Sequence record: DRR378314_1513
Strand: one strand, 5' to 3'
Length of the DNA stretch: 64,000 nt
Shown: positions 50,411-59,888 of the stretch, piece by piece
Numbering within the stretch: position 1 is the stretch's first letter
Layout of the letters: every line of letters begins with the position of its first letter
Translations under genes and position numbers: made by a program
The notes under the pieces: generated by a model
Databases searched by the model: none
The model's input: only the letters and a program-made list of their open reading frames with translations
What the model was told of the DNA's origin: nothing

Positions 50411-52105
50411 ATGGCAGGCTACTCTTCGGGCGCAACTGATCAAAACAGAAACATCAGGCGAGCATTCGTATCGGTCGGGTCCAAGAAAGTTCACTACAGG
50501 GTTTGCGGTTCGGGACCGGCAATCGTCCTGCTCCACGATTCTCCGCGCTCCTCCCGTCTGCACACACCAACCATGCTTGGTCTTGCAAACTCCTTCACCG
50601 TGTTTGCCCTTGATACGCCAGGATATGGCAATTCCGACCCGCTAGGTATCGAACAGCCTGAAATCGGCGACTTTGCAGATGCACTTGATCAAGCGTTGGG
50701 CGCACTGGGATTGAGAGATGTGCCTCTGTACGCAACCCACACCAGTGCCAAGATCGCCCTGGATTATGCCGCGCGCTACTCAGGGCCGCCCCGACTGATC
50801 CTTGATGGTCTTTCAATCCCCACATCGCCAACGCCCCCAGACTTCATCGCAGCGTATATGCGGCCATTCGTGAAGGACGATGATGGCGCCTTCATCGCCA
50901 AGGAATGGATCCGGGTGCGCGACATGCTGCGCTGGTTTCCGTGGTTCAATCCGGACGCATCCAAGCGCATGCAGCTTGAAGTTTCGCCGGACTGGGTCCG
51001 CGATTACACGCTCGATCTGTTCGCGGCAGGCCCACATTACTCAGATGCCTACGCCGCGGCGATGCGATATGATCCAAAACCGGCTCTGCTTGGGGTAACA
51101 ACTCCGACAGTAGTGGGGGCGAAATCTGACGATGTCCTGTTCGACAGTCTTCAGCGTGTCCCAACCGACAAGAACTCAAATCTGGAAACGGCCCCCCTTT
51201 CGGCTGACCGTGAAGAATGGCTCGCATGGTTGATCAAAGAGTTGGGACAAAGTGCCAATGAAAGCATTTCGTCTGCGAAATCCTCTTCCACATTTGATGA
51301 CGACCACGTGTATGTAGACGTCAATGATGGCCAGATATTCGCACGGCAATATGGCGATGCTGCGGCCCCCAAAGTTCTCGTTCTGGATACGCCGTTCCTT
51401 GTGCAGGGTCAGCAATGGGCTGAAGCACTCAAACAGGATTACCGCATCATCCTGCCTGACCTGCCGGGCTTCGGGGAATCCGATGCGCTGAATTCCATCC
51501 TTCCCGAAAGCTTTGCGCGCGCAATTAACAGCTTGCTGACTGAACTCTCCGACACGCCTGTGGCTGTGCTCGCGACGGGTTATGCTGCGCCCCTCGCAAT
51601 CCTGCTTGCGCACAAATACCCACATAAGGTTCGCCAACTGATTATAGATGGGGGCGCTAGCCAGAAATCCTTCCCGGAGGCCTCGGATTTGGATGAACTG
51701 GTTCCGTGTTTCGAATTCAGTCACGCAGGATCGCATCTCCACGAGACCTGGCACATGCTAAGAGACAGTCAGGCAAGCTGGCCTTGGCATGACCGCTCGA
51801 ACAACGCGCACCGCAAGATCGAACCGAAATTCGAACACCCCTATCTGTACGACAGTTTCATGGGCGTCCTGAAACAACCTGCGCACTATGGTGATGCCGT
51901 TCGTGCAAGCTTCAGCGCTGCAGCCGACCTGCCTGTTCCGACCCAAGACACCCTGTTCCTCGAACTGGAAAACGACCCTGCATTTTGCGATCTCCGGTCC
52001 TTGTCAGACAAATGGCCCGCCGCGCGAACCACTTCCAGAGCGGCCGATATTTCAAACTCCGTGGACGTGGTGCTGAACTTCCTGTCTACGGAGAGTCAAA
52101 CATGA
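50411..52105 (+). CDS. Tandem two-domain alpha/beta-hydrolase fold protein
   Basis: DTPGYGNSD and DLPGFGESD; domain 1 HDSP and ATHTS; domain 2 degenerate. Confidence 0.82.
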   Translation: MAGYSSGATDQNRNIRRAFVSVGSKKVHYRVCGSGPAIVLLHDSPRSSRLHTPTMLGLANSFTVFALDTPGYGNSDPLGIEQPEIGDFADALDQALGALGLRDVPLYATHTSAKIALDYAARYSGPPRLILDGLSIPTSPTPPDFIAAYMRPFVKDDDGAFIAKEWIRVRDMLRWFPWFNPDASKRMQLEVSPDWVRDYTLDLFAAGPHYSDAYAAAMRYDPKPALLGVTTPTVVGAKSDDVLFDSLQRVPTDKNSNLETAPLSADREEWLAWLIKELGQSANESISSAKSSSTFDDDHVYVDVNDGQIFARQYGDAAAPKVLVLDTPFLVQGQQWAEALKQDYRIILPDLPGFGESDALNSILPESFARAINSLLTELSDTPVAVLATGYAAPLAILLAHKYPHKVRQLIIDGGASQKSFPEASDLDELVPCFEFSHAGSHLHETWHMLRDSQASWPWHDRSNNAHRKIEPKFEHPYLYDSFMGVLKQPAHYGDAVRASFSAAADLPVPTQDTLFLELENDPAFCDLRSLSDKWPAARTTSRAADISNSVDVVLNFLSTESQT

Positions 52106-53484
52106 CCCAAGACACCGAGATCTCACCATCCGGCGTGAACACGGAATTACCGGAGGCCAGCATAAACTGGCCGAACGCCCGCTACGCCTGGTATGTTATC
52201 GCGCTTCTGACACTGGCCTATGCGCTCGCCATTCTCGATCGCGTATCAATCGCCCTACTGATTGAGCCCCTCGAACACTCACTTCATCTGACAGATACAC
52301 AGTTCGGCCTGCTTCAGGGAATGGCATTCAGCCTGTTCTACAGCGTCCTCGGATTGCCGCTAGGGCTCCTCTGTGACCGGACCAAACGGACCCCCATACT
52401 GGTAGGCGGGATTGCCCTCTGGAGTCTGGCAACAATGGGTTGCTCGCTCGCCTCGACATTCGAGGAATTGTTCGCTGCCCGCGTTCTCGTGGGCGTGGGG
52501 GAAGCGTCGCTTGTTCCTGCTGCAGCTTCCCTGATCGCAGACTTCTTCCCGCCGACAAAGAGACCGAAAGCGTATGGTGTCTTTGTGACGGGCAGTACAC
52601 TTGGCTCAGCAGCAGCGTTGCTGCTAAGCGGCCTGTTCCTGCACTGGTCCGAAGATCTGATTGCCTCTGTTCCCGACCTTTTCGGAGGCTTCGAGAACTG
52701 GCAACTGGTCTTCATCATGTGCGGAATTCCGGGCGTTTTTCTCGCGCTCATCATGTTTCTCACGATGCGCGAGCCCAAACGCCAAGGCATCGAAGTTACG
52801 GCAACCGAGTTCAGCCTGAAGCCCATACTGAAGCTATTTGCACAGCGCCCTGTCGCGTTCGGCACGCTCATTATCGGAACTGCGTTCAATCTGGTGTGTG
52901 TATACGCAATCATCGGCTGGATGCCTGCGCTGTTCATTCGAGTACATGAATGGGAAGCGGCAACAACCGGTCAGATACTCGGAATGGTCGGAATGCCGAT
53001 CAGTATTTTTGCTGCCATCAGCAGTGGTTGGGTCATCTCATGGCTGACCAAAAAAGGTCACAAGGATGCCCCGATGATTGCCGCGGCAGCGTGCGGCGTA
53101 TCCATGCTTGTCTTCGGCACAGCAACCAGCCTGGCACCATCCGCCTTGCTTGCACTCTTGGCCTACGCAATGAACGCGCTTTTCGTGAACTGGAACATTT
53201 CGTCTGTTTACTCTGGTGTCGCGCAAATCTCACCGAACCAGCTACGTGGTCAGGTAATGGCGCTGCACACAATTGCCTCCAGCCTGATCGCAATGTCGGC
53301 GGGCAACTTCATTGTCGGCTTCCTGACCGACACATTCTTCACCTCGCAACAAGGGCTCTCCTATGCCTTGGCGATTGTCTTCTCCGTATGCGGCACCGTA
53401 TCAGCCCTGATCCTGATGTTCGGCCGACGCGCATTCCGGGAAGCGGCAGTCGCCAACGAAGAAAGACTAACATCCAATGACTGA
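52102..53484 (+). CDS. MFS transporter (spinster-like)
   Basis: LDRVSIALL, DTQFGLL, RVLVGVGEA; ATGA overlap. Confidence 0.9.
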   Translation: MTQDTEISPSGVNTELPEASINWPNARYAWYVIALLTLAYALAILDRVSIALLIEPLEHSLHLTDTQFGLLQGMAFSLFYSVLGLPLGLLCDRTKRTPILVGGIALWSLATMGCSLASTFEELFAARVLVGVGEASLVPAAASLIADFFPPTKRPKAYGVFVTGSTLGSAAALLLSGLFLHWSEDLIASVPDLFGGFENWQLVFIMCGIPGVFLALIMFLTMREPKRQGIEVTATEFSLKPILKLFAQRPVAFGTLIIGTAFNLVCVYAIIGWMPALFIRVHEWEAATTGQILGMVGMPISIFAAISSGWVISWLTKKGHKDAPMIAAAACGVSMLVFGTATSLAPSALLALLAYAMNALFVNWNISSVYSGVAQISPNQLRGQVMALHTIASSLIAMSAGNFIVGFLTDTFFTSQQGLSYALAIVFSVCGTVSALILMFGRRAFREAAVANEERLTSND

Positions 53485-55084
53485 CACGATTGACCAAACC
53501 GCTCCGACATCCGGCACTCTCGACGCAGATCTTCTCGCACTCTTGGGTCCGGACGGATTTCTCACGGATCAGGCAACGTGTGAGCTTCACTCTTCTGACC
53601 TGCTGGAAACCGCCGGGGATTGCCGCGGTGTCATCCGACCGTCCAGCAAGGAAGAATTGTCCCAGGCTGTCGCAGTCCTTTCCGCGGCCAAAGTTCCGAT
53701 GGCGCCTCGTGGCGGCGGGCTGACCTATGTGCGCGGCTACACCATGCCGAAGGACGGGTTTGTATCCGTGGATCTCAGCCGGATGAACCGGATACTCGAG
53801 ATCAACGACCAAGACATGTACATCACCGTTGAACCGGGCGTGACCTGGAGAGAGATTTATCTCGCACTCAAACCGAAAGGCTTGCGCCTGCCTTTCTTCG
53901 GAACGTTCTCCGGCCGTGGGGCAACGGTTGGCGGCGGCCTTTCCAATGGTGCCTTGTTCTTGGGGACAGCGCGCTACGGTACAGCCGCCGAAATCGCGAT
54001 CGGCCTTCAAGTCGTTACGGCTGACGGCTCAATCATCCGTACAGGTCAGTTGGCGGTGAAGAATGCCTCCAAGCCCTTCTTCCGAACTTTTGGCCCGGAC
54101 ATGACAGGCGTATTCATTCACGATGCCGGCGCACTCGGCATCAAGGCTCAAGCGACCTTTCGCCTGATCAAGGACCCGGCTGTAACAGAGTATCTGTCAT
54201 TCGGCTTCCGCGACCGCGCAGCAGTACTAGAGGCCTTGTCCGAAATTGGTCGGTCCGAAGTCGCTGAAGAAGCATATGTGATGGACCCCGATAAAACGAA
54301 GGCAGCCCTCAGTGCCGATATGGACCTTGTTCGAGACGCCAAGGTCCTCGCGAAAGTGGTTCGTCAGGAGAAGAATCTGCTTCGCGGCATGAAAGCGGGC
54401 GCAAAGCTCGCCGCCTCGGGTCGCGGCATTGTGGAGGATGGTTGTTTCTCGATGCACCTCGTCTTGTCCGGACGAAGCCGTGCCGCCGTCGAAGAAGACA
54501 TGAAGCAGGCACGCAAGATCGCGGCAGATCATGGAGGCGAAGAACTGCCAGACTCGATTCCGCGTGCAACTCGCGCTGACTTGTTCCCATCTCTGGACAC
54601 GAGCATCGTGGGCCCGGATGCGGATCGCTGGGTCGCCCTGAACGCCAAAGTCGCACACAGCGACGCGCCCCCCTTGGTGGAAGCTGTCGAAAGCTGCATT
54701 GATGCGCACATGGATGAGTTCAAGAAGCACGGTGTTGTCGTCTCCCGCCTCCTGACCATCATCGGCACGCATTGCTTCAGCTATGAACCTGTCTTCAACT
54801 GGCGAGACACTTGGCTGCCCTTGCACCACGCGACGCTGTCAGACGAAGCCAAGCGGAAAACAATAGAGCCAGCCCCGAATCCAGAAGCTCGGGAACTCGT
54901 CATGAAAGTCCGCCAACAGATTGTCGATATCTTCACGGAGCATGGCGCAGCCTCCAATCAGATCGGGCGCACCTACCCTTATGCAAGCATCCTGCATCCT
55001 GAGTCGGCCAAATTCCTGAAGGCGGTAAAATCGGCGGTGGATCCGGACGGGCTCGTAAATCCCGGCGCGCTGGAACTCAACTAG
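53477..55084 (+). CDS. FAD-binding oxidoreductase (VAO/PCMH-GlcD superfamily)
   Basis: PRGGG, DLSRMNRI, VEPGVTW, ATVGG, DPDGLVNPG. Confidence 0.88.
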   Translation: MTDTIDQTAPTSGTLDADLLALLGPDGFLTDQATCELHSSDLLETAGDCRGVIRPSSKEELSQAVAVLSAAKVPMAPRGGGLTYVRGYTMPKDGFVSVDLSRMNRILEINDQDMYITVEPGVTWREIYLALKPKGLRLPFFGTFSGRGATVGGGLSNGALFLGTARYGTAAEIAIGLQVVTADGSIIRTGQLAVKNASKPFFRTFGPDMTGVFIHDAGALGIKAQATFRLIKDPAVTEYLSFGFRDRAAVLEALSEIGRSEVAEEAYVMDPDKTKAALSADMDLVRDAKVLAKVVRQEKNLLRGMKAGAKLAASGRGIVEDGCFSMHLVLSGRSRAAVEEDMKQARKIAADHGGEELPDSIPRATRADLFPSLDTSIVGPDADRWVALNAKVAHSDAPPLVEAVESCIDAHMDEFKKHGVVVSRLLTIIGTHCFSYEPVFNWRDTWLPLHHATLSDEAKRKTIEPAPNPEARELVMKVRQQIVDIFTEHGAASNQIGRTYPYASILHPESAKFLKAVKSAVDPDGLVNPGALELN

Positions 55085-55093
55085 GAGACTTTC

Positions 55094-55915
55094 ATGGCCC
55101 GCCCGCATATTGAATTCATCCAAACTCAGAATGTGGACTGGTCACCGTCGGCAGATGGATCAGACTGCAAGATCCTGAACGCAGACCCTGACAGCACCGA
55201 GGCCACGCTGATCGTGCGCTACCCTCCGGGCTATTCAGCCCCCGCTCATTCGGGAACAATGCCCGCGGAAGAGTACTTCGTCCTTGAAGGCAGTCTGGAA
55301 ATTGGCGGAAAGCCCCGCAATTTGCACGATTACGGCTTCCTTCCCGGCGGCAGCAAGGCTCCGTCTCGGACATCGGAACAAGGCGCGACGGTTCTGATCT
55401 TCAGATATGCGAAAGATGATCCGGACAGCATGGAGGGAGTCGCTGAGGCTATATCGCTGAATACAAGCACAATCCCCTGGGACACGACCGGTTTCGATCC
55501 GAATCTCGAACACCTCAGGATGGCCCGGAAAGTTCTGCGTGAGGCACCGAACAATAGCTGTCGAACCTGGCTCATGGTCGGGATGCCGCACGGCGTGCCC
55601 TCAAAGTCAAAGCTGCCCGCCGAAACCCATGATCATTGCGAAGAAATGTTCATGATATCAGGATCGATGTGGGCGCCTGAAGGCCACATGCAACCAGGTG
55701 CATACTTCTTCCGCCCCCCACATATCCTTCATGGGCCGCATGTTTCTGAAATGGGCTTTTTCCAGATCATGCGATCCCCCATGACGAACAAAGTCTACAC
55801 ACATTGGTCCGACGAACATCGCCCCTTGCCAATCGGAGCCACTCACGACCCTGTCGTACCAGACGGAACCCCCGCTTCCTGGACACGCCCATGGCGGCCT
55901 TCTGCAGACTATTAA
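55094..55915 (+). CDS. Two-domain cupin (DUF4437/ChrR-like)
   Basis: EEYFVLEG; ETHDHCEEMFMISG; YFFRPPHILHGP. Confidence 0.75.
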   Translation: MARPHIEFIQTQNVDWSPSADGSDCKILNADPDSTEATLIVRYPPGYSAPAHSGTMPAEEYFVLEGSLEIGGKPRNLHDYGFLPGGSKAPSRTSEQGATVLIFRYAKDDPDSMEGVAEAISLNTSTIPWDTTGFDPNLEHLRMARKVLREAPNNSCRTWLMVGMPHGVPSKSKLPAETHDHCEEMFMISGSMWAPEGHMQPGAYFFRPPHILHGPHVSEMGFFQIMRSPMTNKVYTHWSDEHRPLPIGATHDPVVPDGTPASWTRPWRPSADY

Positions 55916-55940
55916 CCTGCTATTGCTGAGTTTGCACACA

Positions 55941-55972
55941 AAAAAGAAGGGCTGCCAATTGGCAGCCCTTTT
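55941..55972. terminator. Bidirectional intrinsic terminator
   Basis: AAGGGCTGCC-AATT-GGCAGCCCTT with A tract left and T tract right, between convergent genes. Confidence 0.85.
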
Positions 55973-55999
55973 CGATTCAACGTTCAACGGCATACGCCG

Positions 56000-56728
56000 C
56001 TAGCTACGCTTCAACTCAACCAGCTCGTACCAGGTCATCATGTACCCGTCGACGCCGCCTTTGAGGAAGATGGCATCTTCGTCTGCGGTGACCCAGCAAT
56101 GATAATCAGGGTGGGACTTTCCATTTGGTCCAACCATACCGCCACTTTCATCCGTGAAGCGATAATAATAGGCATCGAACGTACCGGCAGCGACCGTGAC
56201 TTCTTCACGCCCCTCATAGATCAGCTCCATGGTGGTTTCCGCCAGCAATGGAGGCGTGGCACCGCGGTGATCTGGAGAAGGAAGGAAGGTACGAAGCTTG
56301 TGGATTGGCGCACCTTCGGAGCGATCGACCTTCTTCGTAATGTAAGCATCACCAGCGATTGGGTGCGTACCAAAACCATCGTACGAGCCATTGGTCGGCA
56401 TGGTCTGGGAAACGCGTCCGATGGACGGCCCATAGCTTTCACATTCGATCTGGTCTTCCAGCATGCGGAACCAACCAGATCCCATGAACTCGTCGCCGAT
56501 CGTCAGACGAACAAAGCAGTCCATCGGATTGTCATTCTCGTCGACACTGTAGATGATATCGCGGTGCACCGTCGGATCCGGATCTTCAAGTTCACAGCGG
56601 GCACGAAGCGTGCGCTTGCCATCAGAATGAATAGTCCAGTTGAAAAACTCCCGACCGCGCTCTTCCCCCTCGCGTCCCGGCTGTCGGGACGTGTAGAGAA
56701 TTTTTCCGTCAATTGTTCTATGTTTCAT
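56000..56728 (-). CDS. Hypothetical protein, beta-rich
   Basis: 242 aa; AAGGA RBS; in operon; no family recognised. Confidence 0.75.
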   Translation of the reverse strand: MKHRTIDGKILYTSRQPGREGEERGREFFNWTIHSDGKRTLRARCELEDPDPTVHRDIIYSVDENDNPMDCFVRLTIGDEFMGSGWFRMLEDQIECESYGPSIGRVSQTMPTNGSYDGFGTHPIAGDAYITKKVDRSEGAPIHKLRTFLPSPDHRGATPPLLAETTMELIYEGREEVTVAAGTFDAYYYRFTDESGGMVGPNGKSHPDYHCWVTADEDAIFLKGGVDGYMMTWYELVELKRS

Positions 56729-56758
56729 GTGTTATCCTTCTCTCCTTATATCGATTGA

Positions 56759-57415
56759 TCAGATGGGCGTTGCAATTCCGAGATAGCTGGCAACGAGCAC
56801 CAACACCCAAATCATCATCACGGCTGGGCGCGTCTTGTAGATTACGTCTGACAGGGCCTTGTCGGTTTCTGGCGTAGGCCCCTCTGAAGTCATTTGGGCA
56901 ATGGCCGGCCCGAGGGGAGTCAACATACGGCGAATGATCAGACCCAGCCCGATACAGCAACCGAGGGCGAGGAATTTCAATGCCACGAATAGCGGCAGGT
57001 CAATGGCGCCAGCCAGTCCCATGATGCCACTCGCAAACAGGCCCGCTAGAATGAGATAGCGCAGCAAGAGGTCGACGGGACGCGTCCAAGTGTTGCCTTT
57101 TCCATGGCTGAGATGAACGGACCAGGCGAGGGCGAGCCACACAAGGCCGATGATCCACACAGCCCCCACCAACAGCGGCGATACCATGAGCCAGCCTTTG
57201 ACGACCGCCAGGGTAAAACCAGTTGGGAAGGCCAAAATCAAGGCGGTGCGCGGTGCCATGTCGATATCGTTCAGTATCTTCAAAGACAGCATTCGTTCCG
57301 GAACCGTACGCTTCGGGTCCAGCAGAAATCCTGAACCGTAAAAAGCGCCCAAATCGCCTCCGAGCCAGTAAATTGGAATGAGAATGTGTAGAAGCGTAAG
57401 GAGTGCAATCTCCAT
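56759..57415 (-). CDS. Hypothetical integral membrane protein
   Basis: About 6 TM segments; LHIL..YWLGGDLG; 1 nt after upstream stop. Confidence 0.75.
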   Translation of the reverse strand: MEIALLTLLHILIPIYWLGGDLGAFYGSGFLLDPKRTVPERMLSLKILNDIDMAPRTALILAFPTGFTLAVVKGWLMVSPLLVGAVWIIGLVWLALAWSVHLSHGKGNTWTRPVDLLLRYLILAGLFASGIMGLAGAIDLPLFVALKFLALGCCIGLGLIIRRMLTPLGPAIAQMTSEGPTPETDKALSDVIYKTRPAVMMIWVLVLVASYLGIATPI

Positions 57416-57416
57416 T

Positions 57417-58274
57417 TTATTGTGTCTCCACTGAATTCATTAGAGCAGTCATTGCCGTCTTGCGAGCGGTTGAGAACGTGGAGTCATCAAACCGGGGAAG
57501 CTGTACGAAGTTCCCGCCTTTCAACGCTTTTGCGGAACTCCTGGAGGTTTCGAGCAACGGATCATTCTCTGCAGAGATCACCATTGCTGGCACATTCACC
57601 AATGGGAACCGGTCGAAGGCCTGCCAGCGAAAGGCTGCGCGATAGTTATTATGATATGTCTCGTTCGCCTTCAGCACTTCCAGCACCCAGGCCTTGATGT
57701 CTTCAGCGCTTCCCAAGCCGTTATCCCGGCGGAACTCACGTGTGCGCTTGTACCACGGGAAGAACATGTATTGATCGCGGCAGAACTGAAATATCTTTAT
57801 GAGATAGGCGCCTTCCAGATCGGCCGGAAAAGGGAATGCATAGGTCGACATAAGATCATCAAACTCAGCCGGGCTCAGAACCATGACCCCGTCTGCGACC
57901 AAGCTTCGCACGCGCTCAGGCGCAAGGATCGCGAGTTCTGTCGCGATCGTCCCACCAGTGTGAGATCCGTATACATCAGCCTTCTCGATCCCCATGGCAT
58001 CCATGAAATCGAGCATTGCCTTGGCCAGATCGGTGATCTCCACAGTTTCCAGAGACAGCGGATCGCTATCACCATTCCCAGGCGTATCTGGTGCAAATAC
58101 CTGTCCGACATCGGCGAAATCAGAGATCAGCTTCTCAAGCTGCTTCGAACTGCCAGGGGACGCGTGGAGAAACAGGAGCGGGGTGCCCTCACCCACTGTT
58201 CTGTAGTGCATCTGGCCGTGCGGGACATCTACGAAACCGCGCCGAATCTTCTTGGTATCAGACAAAGGAATCAT
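57417..58274 (-). CDS. Alpha/beta-hydrolase fold protein with non-canonical elbow (GSHTG)
   Basis: HASP; DTPGNGDSD; GSHTGG; start uncertain (58265-58325). Confidence 0.85.
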   Translation of the reverse strand: MIPLSDTKKIRRGFVDVPHGQMHYRTVGEGTPLLFLHASPGSSKQLEKLISDFADVGQVFAPDTPGNGDSDPLSLETVEITDLAKAMLDFMDAMGIEKADVYGSHTGGTIATELAILAPERVRSLVADGVMVLSPAEFDDLMSTYAFPFPADLEGAYLIKIFQFCRDQYMFFPWYKRTREFRRDNGLGSAEDIKAWVLEVLKANETYHNNYRAAFRWQAFDRFPLVNVPAMVISAENDPLLETSRSSAKALKGGNFVQLPRFDDSTFSTARKTAMTALMNSVETQ

Positions 58275-58305
58275 CTCCCGGAAAAAAGTTTGTGCCGCAC
58301 GCCAT

Positions 58306-59193
58306 TCAGGATGCGCGCTCAACAACTTCGAACAAGGCTCCGTCAGGACACCTCAGGACGCCGGCGCACTTTCCGCCATAGAGCGGCCCGTCCCGAACCG
58401 TGGGCTCAGACACCCAATGGCCGTGCAGCCGGTCGAAACCCGGAAACTCGATCGTGGTGATGGCAACACCGGGCGGAAGCTCTCCAGGCCGCGCCTCGCG
58501 CTTGGTTACCTCTTCTGGATACTGATCTAGCTCAAGGAAGACCTCCCCCTTCCATTTCGCTGTCACCAGTTCTGTTTTTTGATCTTTCGGGAGATTGAAC
58601 GCCAGAGTGATCATTGAATACTCAATAGCGATCGGGTCGATCATCTCAAATCCGAACACTTCCTTCACCCACTCAATTGAACGGGCAAGGTCACTACATG
58701 CCAGCACCATAATGAATGGGCGATCGACCAGTGATTGGGGCTCAGGCAAGCCGCTTGCGGGGTCATCCACCTTGATTTCGGTCAGGTACACAATCTCTTT
58801 GTCCGGACCACGCACCTGCATTGGCTTTACGGTCGGAAAGCCATCCAAAGGCTTCGGCGGACCAATAATATCAAAAGGTGATTGCTCCATACGGGCATTG
58901 ACGACTTCAACATCCTGGACGCAGATTTCAGTCGCAGCCCAGCCAAGCGTTCTTATTGGCTCGTAGGATTCGACTGGCTCGCCTTCGACGAATCGCAGGA
59001 AAACTTCCTGTCCTGATACTGGCTGCAATACGGCATAGGGTTTGCCTGCCGAATTTGGTGCCCCCCAACTTGCCGCCAGGTCAGCGGGAACCTCACCCGA
59101 CTCAACTACGCTGTAGTCGAACCATTTCTCATACCGCTCCACCGTTTCGGAAACGGTACCGACGACCCAAGTTGCACATTTCAATAGCGTCAC
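58306..59193 (-). CDS. VOC/glyoxalase superfamily protein (two-domain)
   Basis: GWAATEICVQDV, GPDKEIVYLTE, CPDGALFEVVE; GTG start after GAAGGGG. Confidence 0.72.
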   Translation of the reverse strand: MTLLKCATWVVGTVSETVERYEKWFDYSVVESGEVPADLAASWGAPNSAGKPYAVLQPVSGQEVFLRFVEGEPVESYEPIRTLGWAATEICVQDVEVVNARMEQSPFDIIGPPKPLDGFPTVKPMQVRGPDKEIVYLTEIKVDDPASGLPEPQSLVDRPFIMVLACSDLARSIEWVKEVFGFEMIDPIAIEYSMITLAFNLPKDQKTELVTAKWKGEVFLELDQYPEEVTKREARPGELPPGVAITTIEFPGFDRLHGHWVSEPTVRDGPLYGGKCAGVLRCPDGALFEVVERAS

Positions 59194-59227
59194 GTAACAA
59201 ACCCCTTCGGCGCGCATACACAAATCT

Positions 59228-59251
59228 TATTGTTATATGGCTATAACAATA
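59228..59251. promoter_or_regulatory. Operator-like perfect inverted repeat TATTGTTATA-N4-TATAACAATA
   Basis: 10-bp arms; same core at 61613-61632. Confidence 0.7.
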
Positions 59252-59270
59252 TGGCAAGCGGGATTCAGAA

Positions 59271-59888
59271 TTACTGCGCAGAAAGATATAACCAAGGTCT
59301 GTTTTGACTATGCTTCGAGCGGAACTTCTCGATTTGATCGACAGATTTGCGCGTGAGCTCAATCAGGTCGAGCGCCTCCATGAGCATCGTCCGCGCCTCG
59401 TCTTCCAGATCAAACGTAAAAGTATGCCCGTCGGCCGAGACCGTCATGGTTCGAAGGTCGATTGCGACCTCTCCTCCTGCCTGCCCTATGCCAGCTAGGG
59501 TCTCCACATCATCTTGGGCCAGTTGAATTGGTGCGATGCCGTTTCGGATGCAATTGCTGCGAAAAATGGGCGCATATGACGGCGCGATGACCGCCCGAAA
59601 TCCGTATTCAGCCAATGCCCAAACGGCGTGCTCCCGACTTGAGCCACAACCAAAATTGTTCCCGGCAATGAGAATTTCCGCCCCCTGATACTTCGCCTGA
59701 TTCAAAACGAAATCGGGGTTTGGCTCTCTTGAACGGGGGCTTGTATATCGCCACCCCGCGAACAATCCGTCAGCAAGACCGGTCTTGGAGACGGAGCGCA
59801 TTTCCCTGGACGGAATAATCGCATCCGTATCCACGTTTTCTCGCATCAACGGCACTGCGATGGATCGCAATTCGATCAAAGGCTTCAT
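59271..59888 (-). CDS. leuD: Isopropylmalate dehydratase-like small subunit (divergent)
   Basis: NVDTDAIIP, NFGCGSSREHAVWAL. Confidence 0.88.
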   Translation of the reverse strand: MKPLIELRSIAVPLMRENVDTDAIIPSREMRSVSKTGLADGLFAGWRYTSPRSREPNPDFVLNQAKYQGAEILIAGNNFGCGSSREHAVWALAEYGFRAVIAPSYAPIFRSNCIRNGIAPIQLAQDDVETLAGIGQAGGEVAIDLRTMTVSADGHTFTFDLEDEARTMLMEALDLIELTRKSVDQIEKFRSKHSQNRPWLYLSAQ

